This document shows positions 59,628 through 64,000 of a DNA stretch of 64,000 nucleotides, piece after piece. Origin of the DNA: an uncultured Candidatus Saccharibacteria bacterium (lineage in GTDB: Bacteria > Patescibacteriota > Andersenbacteria > UBA10190); contig CAYJKV010000002.1 in assembly GCA_964371255.1 (NCBI GenBank), positions 2,553 to 66,552 of the forward strand, read 5' to 3'. Below the pieces are notes generated by a model, which worked only from the letters and a program-made list of their open reading frames with translations, was not told where the DNA came from and ran no database searches. Each line of letters starts with the position of its first letter. The first letter of the stretch is position 1. The translations under genes were made by a program, and so were the position numbers.

Positions 59628-60938
59628 TTAGAGGCTAAATTTCCGCTTGGCGTTTTCTTCTGCCCAACCTTTTCTCTGCGGTTCCCAGTCTTCCACCCGT
59701 TGGATATCTGCACCGACCGCTGCTAAACGCTCGACCAGATTGGCATAACCTCGTTCAATTATTTCCGCTTCATCAATAATTGTTTGTCCTTTTGCGACCA
59801 AGCCGGCTAACACCAGCGTCGCTCCAGACCTGATGTCAAGGCTTTTAATATGCTGTCCGTGCAACTGTGTTGGCCCATCGATTATGACACGATGAGGATC
59901 GCACACTGTAATGGACGCTCCCATTTTAACCAGTTCGTCACAGTGGCGAAAGCGGCTCTCGTACATGGGGTCGTGAATTAAACTTGCTCCCTGCACTTGT
60001 GTGGCGACTACGGAAAAGGGTGCTTGCAAGTCCGTTGCGATTCCTGGGTGAGGTAGCGTCTGTAAGTGAAAACTCTTTAACGGCGAAGGACTCACCTCCA
60101 CCGTATCCCCGTGGCTGGAATATTTAACGCCAATCTCATCAAGCTTTTTAAAAAATAGCGCCAAGTCATCAAGCGGTACTCCCGTAATGCTTAATTCCGA
60201 TGCGGTCGCGGCCCCTAACAAAATAAACAAACCGGCCTCTAGCATGTCATTGCAATTAACAATGGTGGCCCCATGTAAACTGCTTTTGCCTTTAATCCGT
60301 ATCGTGTGCGTGCCGGCTCCCTCAATCGTCGCGCCCATTAACGCTAACATTTCAGCCAACTTCTCTACGTGTGGTTCATTAGCGGCAATATTTATTGTGG
60401 TGTAACCGGGCAGGGTCGATGCGACCATCATAATGTTCTCTGTTGCTGTTACTGAAAATTCTCGTAAAACAACCCTCCCCGCTTTCAATGATCGGCCATC
60501 AACGTGCACCATGTTATTTTGCCTGGCAACCTTCGCTCCTAATTGTTGTAAAGCGTCCAAATGTACATCGATAGGCCTCGAGCCGATTACGTCCCCGCCT
60601 GGTGGGGGTAAGTGGACTTCCTTGAAGCGCCCTACTAGTGCTCCGATCAAAAGGATTGAACCCCGCAGCTCCCCGATTAACTTGTTCGGTAATTTAAATT
60701 GATCAATCTTTCCTGGTTCTATCGCAACCGTCCCATCAGTCTTCTTGGTTTTGACCCCCATCAATGTCATGATCTCCAATAAGTTCTTTACGTCTCTGAT
60801 GTCTGGTATATTGCCAATACTTGACGGATACTTTGTCAGTAAACTGGCCGCCAACAGCGGCAAAGCACCATTTTTAGAACCATTCACCTGAATCGTACCC
60901 CCTAGATGCTTTCCTCCATTAATTACTATTGATGCCAT
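59628..60938 (-). CDS. murA: UDP-N-acetylglucosamine 1-carboxyvinyltransferase
   Basis: GSKNGALP, PGGDVIGSRPID, SVTATEN, PHPGIATDLQ, DIRSG. Confidence 0.95.
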   Translation of the reverse strand: MASIVINGGKHLGGTIQVNGSKNGALPLLAASLLTKYPSSIGNIPDIRDVKNLLEIMTLMGVKTKKTDGTVAIEPGKIDQFKLPNKLIGELRGSILLIGALVGRFKEVHLPPPGGDVIGSRPIDVHLDALQQLGAKVARQNNMVHVDGRSLKAGRVVLREFSVTATENIMMVASTLPGYTTINIAANEPHVEKLAEMLALMGATIEGAGTHTIRIKGKSSLHGATIVNCNDMLEAGLFILLGAATASELSITGVPLDDLALFFKKLDEIGVKYSSHGDTVEVSPSPLKSFHLQTLPHPGIATDLQAPFSVVATQVQGASLIHDPMYESRFRHCDELVKMGASITVCDPHRVIIDGPTQLHGQHIKSLDIRSGATLVLAGLVAKGQTIIDEAEIIERGYANLVERLAAVGADIQRVEDWEPQRKGWAEENAKRKFSL

Positions 60939-61014
60939 TAAAGAACTATAACAGTAAAATATTATTAGTCAAGGTACTGGACAAAAATATTTATTTCATT
61001 CATTGTCCTCATAA

Positions 61015-62361
61015 ATGAATATTATATATCGTAAACTATTACTCGGTTTGTCGATCCTGCTGTTTATTGGTGTGTCTCCCTTGGTAGTCTTATACGCCCT
61101 AGGTTACCGGATCAACAATCTAATCACCAATCCACTTCCGGTTGGCGTCTTGATTACTGAATCGATCCCAACTCGAGCGAGCCTAACAATTAATGGACAG
61201 CCTGCCGGGCACACACCTCAATCAGTGACCAATCTGCCCCCGGGCGGCATTGATCTAACCGTTGCCCATGACGGCTATCAGCCCTGGCACAAACATCTAA
61301 ATATTCAATCTGGGCAGGTCACTGAAGCTAGGGATATCCGTCTTTTCCCAAGCGCTCAATCATTGACCAACCTCCAAAGTAATACCCATACTTTTTCGTT
61401 ATCTCCTCATCGTCAACTTATCGCTGCCTTGACCCAGGACAAGCAACTGTTTGTCATTGATACTGAAGGCATCGCGGTCGTAAACCCTATTATGTTTCCC
61501 AGCCTGCCAGACAGCTTACTGTGGTCACCTGACAGCGGCTCTATTTTGGTGATGGCAGCCGGGCAAGCATCACTCATTAGCCTGACCGATCCGGCTGTCC
61601 GGCCGGTACGCTTGCCGCAGCTGGACCAGGCCCGGCAGTTAGCCTGGGATCAGCGGATTCCCGGTCGGTTGTATATGGTATCCAGTCACCAGGAGTTAAT
61701 AGCGTATAGCGTTTCTAATCAGTCGTCACAACTCATCGCCTCCGACATTATTAGCTTCGCGACTAGTTCACGCTTGTTATTTTTAATAGATAATGACAAC
61801 CAGCTGCAGATCCGTAACTTACAAGGAAACTTAGTTGATTCCCCTCTCCTTAAAACTGACAAAACAATTCAACAACTGCACGTCACCCCGGGCGGCCATA
61901 TCGCCGTTCAGTTTACCGATCGCAGTGTCTCAATTCTCACTGATCTGGGTGCCTTGATACCCGTGGCCGAAACTGTCACCAAGTTGAGCTGGTCACCCGA
62001 CGAGCAAATGTTATTAGTTCAGCATGATGATACCTCGCTTCACATTATGAATGTTTATGACGAACGGATCAGCTACATTCCTTTGCTTGACTTACATCTC
62101 GTTACTCGGCTTTCTCGGCCAATCCGCAATCCGCAATGGTTTGCCGGGGGCCGGCATCTTATCTATCAGGTGGATGATGAAATCATGATCACAGAAATTG
62201 ATACCCGGGACCAACCTCTGACCTACTTGGTTGATACGACTAACTTAGGTGATGCGAATATTACTGTGGGTGCGCAGGGAGATATTGTCTTCTATCTTAA
62301 AAAGACAGCCCAAGCCTATCGCTTAGTCCAAGCCATATTGAATCCCGCAGTAAACCAGTAG
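61015..62361 (+). CDS. PEGA-domain membrane protein with a beta-propeller-like C-terminus
   Basis: TM YALGYR, SIPTRASLTING..GHTP..NLPPG..GYQPWHK, repeated WSPD. Confidence 0.8.
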   Translation: MNIIYRKLLLGLSILLFIGVSPLVVLYALGYRINNLITNPLPVGVLITESIPTRASLTINGQPAGHTPQSVTNLPPGGIDLTVAHDGYQPWHKHLNIQSGQVTEARDIRLFPSAQSLTNLQSNTHTFSLSPHRQLIAALTQDKQLFVIDTEGIAVVNPIMFPSLPDSLLWSPDSGSILVMAAGQASLISLTDPAVRPVRLPQLDQARQLAWDQRIPGRLYMVSSHQELIAYSVSNQSSQLIASDIISFATSSRLLFLIDNDNQLQIRNLQGNLVDSPLLKTDKTIQQLHVTPGGHIAVQFTDRSVSILTDLGALIPVAETVTKLSWSPDEQMLLVQHDDTSLHIMNVYDERISYIPLLDLHLVTRLSRPIRNPQWFAGGRHLIYQVDDEIMITEIDTRDQPLTYLVDTTNLGDANITVGAQGDIVFYLKKTAQAYRLVQAILNPAVNQ

Positions 62362-62381
62362 TAGAAAACAATCAGGGGTGT

Positions 62382-62410
62382 ATAAAAAAAGCCGTCGCGG
62401 GACGGCTATA
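62382..62410 (-). terminator. Intrinsic terminator downstream of csrA
   Basis: Minus strand AGCCGTC-CCGC-GACGGCT-TTTTTT. Confidence 0.8.
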
Positions 62411-62448
62411 TAGTCATAAAGAACTTACTAATGGAACCCCGTCTGTAC

Positions 62449-62625
62449 CTACTGACCCGCTAGCTCTCCACAATGTTCAGGTGGAAGCTCCGCGCGTGTT
62501 ATCCTCGTGGTGCTCGGCGCCGCGATACCAATCTTCACTCTAGTCTTACCCACGAAAACTACCGTAATGATAACATCCTCACCAATATTAATCTGTTCGC
62601 CCGGCTTTCTGGTCAAAACCAACAT
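62449..62625 (-). CDS. csrA: Carbon storage regulator CsrA/RsmA
   Basis: MLVLTRKPGEQINIGEDVIITVVFVGKTRVKIGIAAPSTTRITRAEL; GAGGAG SD 7 nt before ATG 62625. Confidence 0.9.
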   Translation of the reverse strand: MLVLTRKPGEQINIGEDVIITVVFVGKTRVKIGIAAPSTTRITRAELPPEHCGELAGQ

Positions 62626-62750
62626 TGCAATACTCCTCTTGAGAAAACATCCCTGTCGTCCATGACACGCTGCCAAGGTCGACTAAACTAAATAAAGACT
62701 CAAAGAACAGCTTCCTGAACCTTTATATCACATAGTAGTGTTATTGTCAA
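62626..62750 (-). promoter_or_regulatory. csrA promoter and leader with CsrA-site motifs
   Basis: TTGACA (62750-62745)-N17-TATAAA (62727-62722); ACAGGGATGT at 62656-62647; four GGA triplets. Confidence 0.75.
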
Positions 62751-62886
62751 CTTTTTTTAGATCACTGCGAACTGCACATTAATTCAGACCCTTACGCCCT
62801 AAATTTCAATTAGGATAACCTGATTGTTTGTCTTCCTAGCATCAGCTTCAAGCCTCCACTGCCGCTATTAACTTTTACTCAAGTTT

Positions 62887-63306
62887 CTATCTCTTGGAGA
62901 ACTGTGGTGCTCGTCTGGCTCGTTTTAATCCTGGCTTTTTTCTTTCTTTTACTCGTGCATCGCGCGTTAGCATGCCGTTGCTCTTCAGCTGCAGCCGCCA
63001 TTCTGGATTTGCCAGCAGTAAGGCACGCGCTAAGCCATGCCGGACAGCATCTGCCTGGGCATGTTTCCCTCCTCCTTTAACTTTTACGGTCACCCCGTAT
63101 TGTTCTTGCGTCGAAGTTAATTCCATCGGACCCAGAGCGATCTTCTGCATATCTACCGTGGTAAAATATTTTTCTACCGCTTCGCCGTTTATAATTTTTT
63201 CACTTACCTTATCGGTTAACCTGACCTGGGCAACCGCCGATTTGCGTCGTCCCACTCCGAACAATTTGGTGGGTTCTAAAGTCTCTTGTACTTTATTATC
63301 TGTCAT
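62887..63306 (-). CDS. rpsI: 30S ribosomal protein S9
   Basis: GRRKSAVA, GGG...QA, LTRDARVKERKKPGLKRARRAPQFSKR. Confidence 0.98.
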   Translation of the reverse strand: MTDNKVQETLEPTKLFGVGRRKSAVAQVRLTDKVSEKIINGEAVEKYFTTVDMQKIALGPMELTSTQEQYGVTVKVKGGGKHAQADAVRHGLARALLLANPEWRLQLKSNGMLTRDARVKERKKPGLKRARRAPQFSKR

Positions 63307-63311
63307 AAAAA

Positions 63312-63722
63312 TTAATTATTTGTTCCCTGGTAAGGGTGCTCACTCCCTTTAAAAAGTAATAAATTCGTCATCATGCGTGCTCTAAGCTTGTTCTTGGGTA
63401 ACATGCCAACTACCGCTTGCTGAATAATAACTCTCGAATCCCGTTTTCTCTGTTCCGCTACGCTCCTGGCCTTGATACCGCTGGGGTAACCGCTGTAATG
63501 CCGGTAAATTTTTGTTGTCTCCTTGTTTCCAGTCAGCACTACGTGGTCGGTATTCATGACCACCACTTTAATGTCCATCAATTTATTATTCCGGTTTCCC
63601 ACGACTCCTTTTCCCATCAAGAGGCCGGCTACTTGGGTAGCTAGCCTGCCTAACACCTTGTCTTGCGCGTCAATAATAACGTACTTGCTATTTGTTGGCT
63701 TGCTGTTGGTTGCTGATGTCAT
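63312..63722 (-). CDS. rplM: 50S ribosomal protein L13
   Basis: IIDA...LGRLAT, YRHYSGYPSG, GMLPKNKL. Confidence 0.95.
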   Translation of the reverse strand: MTSATNSKPTNSKYVIIDAQDKVLGRLATQVAGLLMGKGVVGNRNNKLMDIKVVVMNTDHVVLTGNKETTKIYRHYSGYPSGIKARSVAEQRKRDSRVIIQQAVVGMLPKNKLRARMMTNLLLFKGSEHPYQGTNN

Positions 63723-63726
63723 AACC

Positions 63727-64000
63727 TTATTCAATAATTTCCACCCGCACTTTTTTAGATCCATCGCTGCCCGTTACCGGCAGTTTTGCCAATCTCAAAA
63801 AACCGCTTTGGCGTTTGGACTGCTTGGCTGCGCGCTCGATTAATGCCGTAGCGCGTTCACTGCTGCCCAATTCACTGATTAATTCTCTTCTTATTGCCAA
63901 TGTAATCTTTTGCTTTGCTTTCGTGATAAGCGGCTCATAATATTTTCTCAATTCTTTAGCTTTTGCTTCACTAGTCACGACGTAACCAGTGGTAGTTAGG
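63727..64000 (-). CDS. rplQ: 50S ribosomal protein L17 (5'-partial)
   Basis: TSEAKAKELRKYYEPLITKAK...SGFLRLAK...DG. Confidence 0.9.
   Translation of the reverse strand, partial: LTTTGYVVTSEAKAKELRKYYEPLITKAKQKITLAIRRELISELGSSERATALIERAAKQSKRQSGFLRLAKLPVTGSDGSKKVRVEIIE

Noticed and set aside
90-63843. Many 60-230 aa ORFs overlapping recognised genes (for example 20826-21506+, 46948-47499+, 62894-63352+)
   Set aside because: These are antisense or alternate-frame shadows of well-supported genes and have no motifs of their own.
1-64000. CRISPR array, rRNA, intact transposase/integrase, DGR reverse transcriptase, oriC
   Set aside because: I saw no regularly spaced 23-47 nt repeats, no rRNA motifs, no such ORFs and no DnaA-box cluster.
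1-64000. Alternative genetic code (UGA=Gly, code 25)
   Set aside because: Conserved genes are full length in code 11, several end in TGA, and RF2 is present.

Overview
This is a gene-dense, mostly minus-strand chromosomal segment in the standard genetic code. It is very probably from a Patescibacteria/CPR bacterium (inferred from the short ProRS, rplQ-rplM-rpsI order, two MreB paralogs, absence of biosynthetic operons and many ORFans). Core genes cover replication/repair (pcrA, dnaX, holB-like, xseAB, ogt-like), translation (prfB with +1 frameshift, serS, lysS, proS, frr, hpf, tsaC, rplQ/rplM/rpsI), transcription (greA), secretion (secA, secD, secF), cell wall and division (murA, mrdA, mreBCD, second mreB, ftsEX, ftsB-like, ftsQ-like, dacA-like), redox (trxB, glutaredoxin) and glycosylation. 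Four tRNAs are present: Thr-CGT, Gly-CCC, Arg-CCG and Gln-TTG. Accessory material lies at the 3' sides of tRNA-Gly (about 7.5-12 kb) and tRNA-Gln (about 27.8-33.4 kb). The most striking pattern is two modes of translation initiation. At least 12 operon-leading genes have a TAnnnT -10 hexamer 6-7 nt before the start codon and no Shine-Dalgarno (SD), so they look leaderless, and the prfB frameshift site also lacks its usual internal SD. In contrast, a handful of stand-alone cassettes have a -35/-10 promoter, a leader, a purine-rich SD and usually a terminator. One of these cassettes is csrA, whose leader carries an exact match to the CsrA SELEX core. All product calls come from motif recognition by eye; no database search was run.
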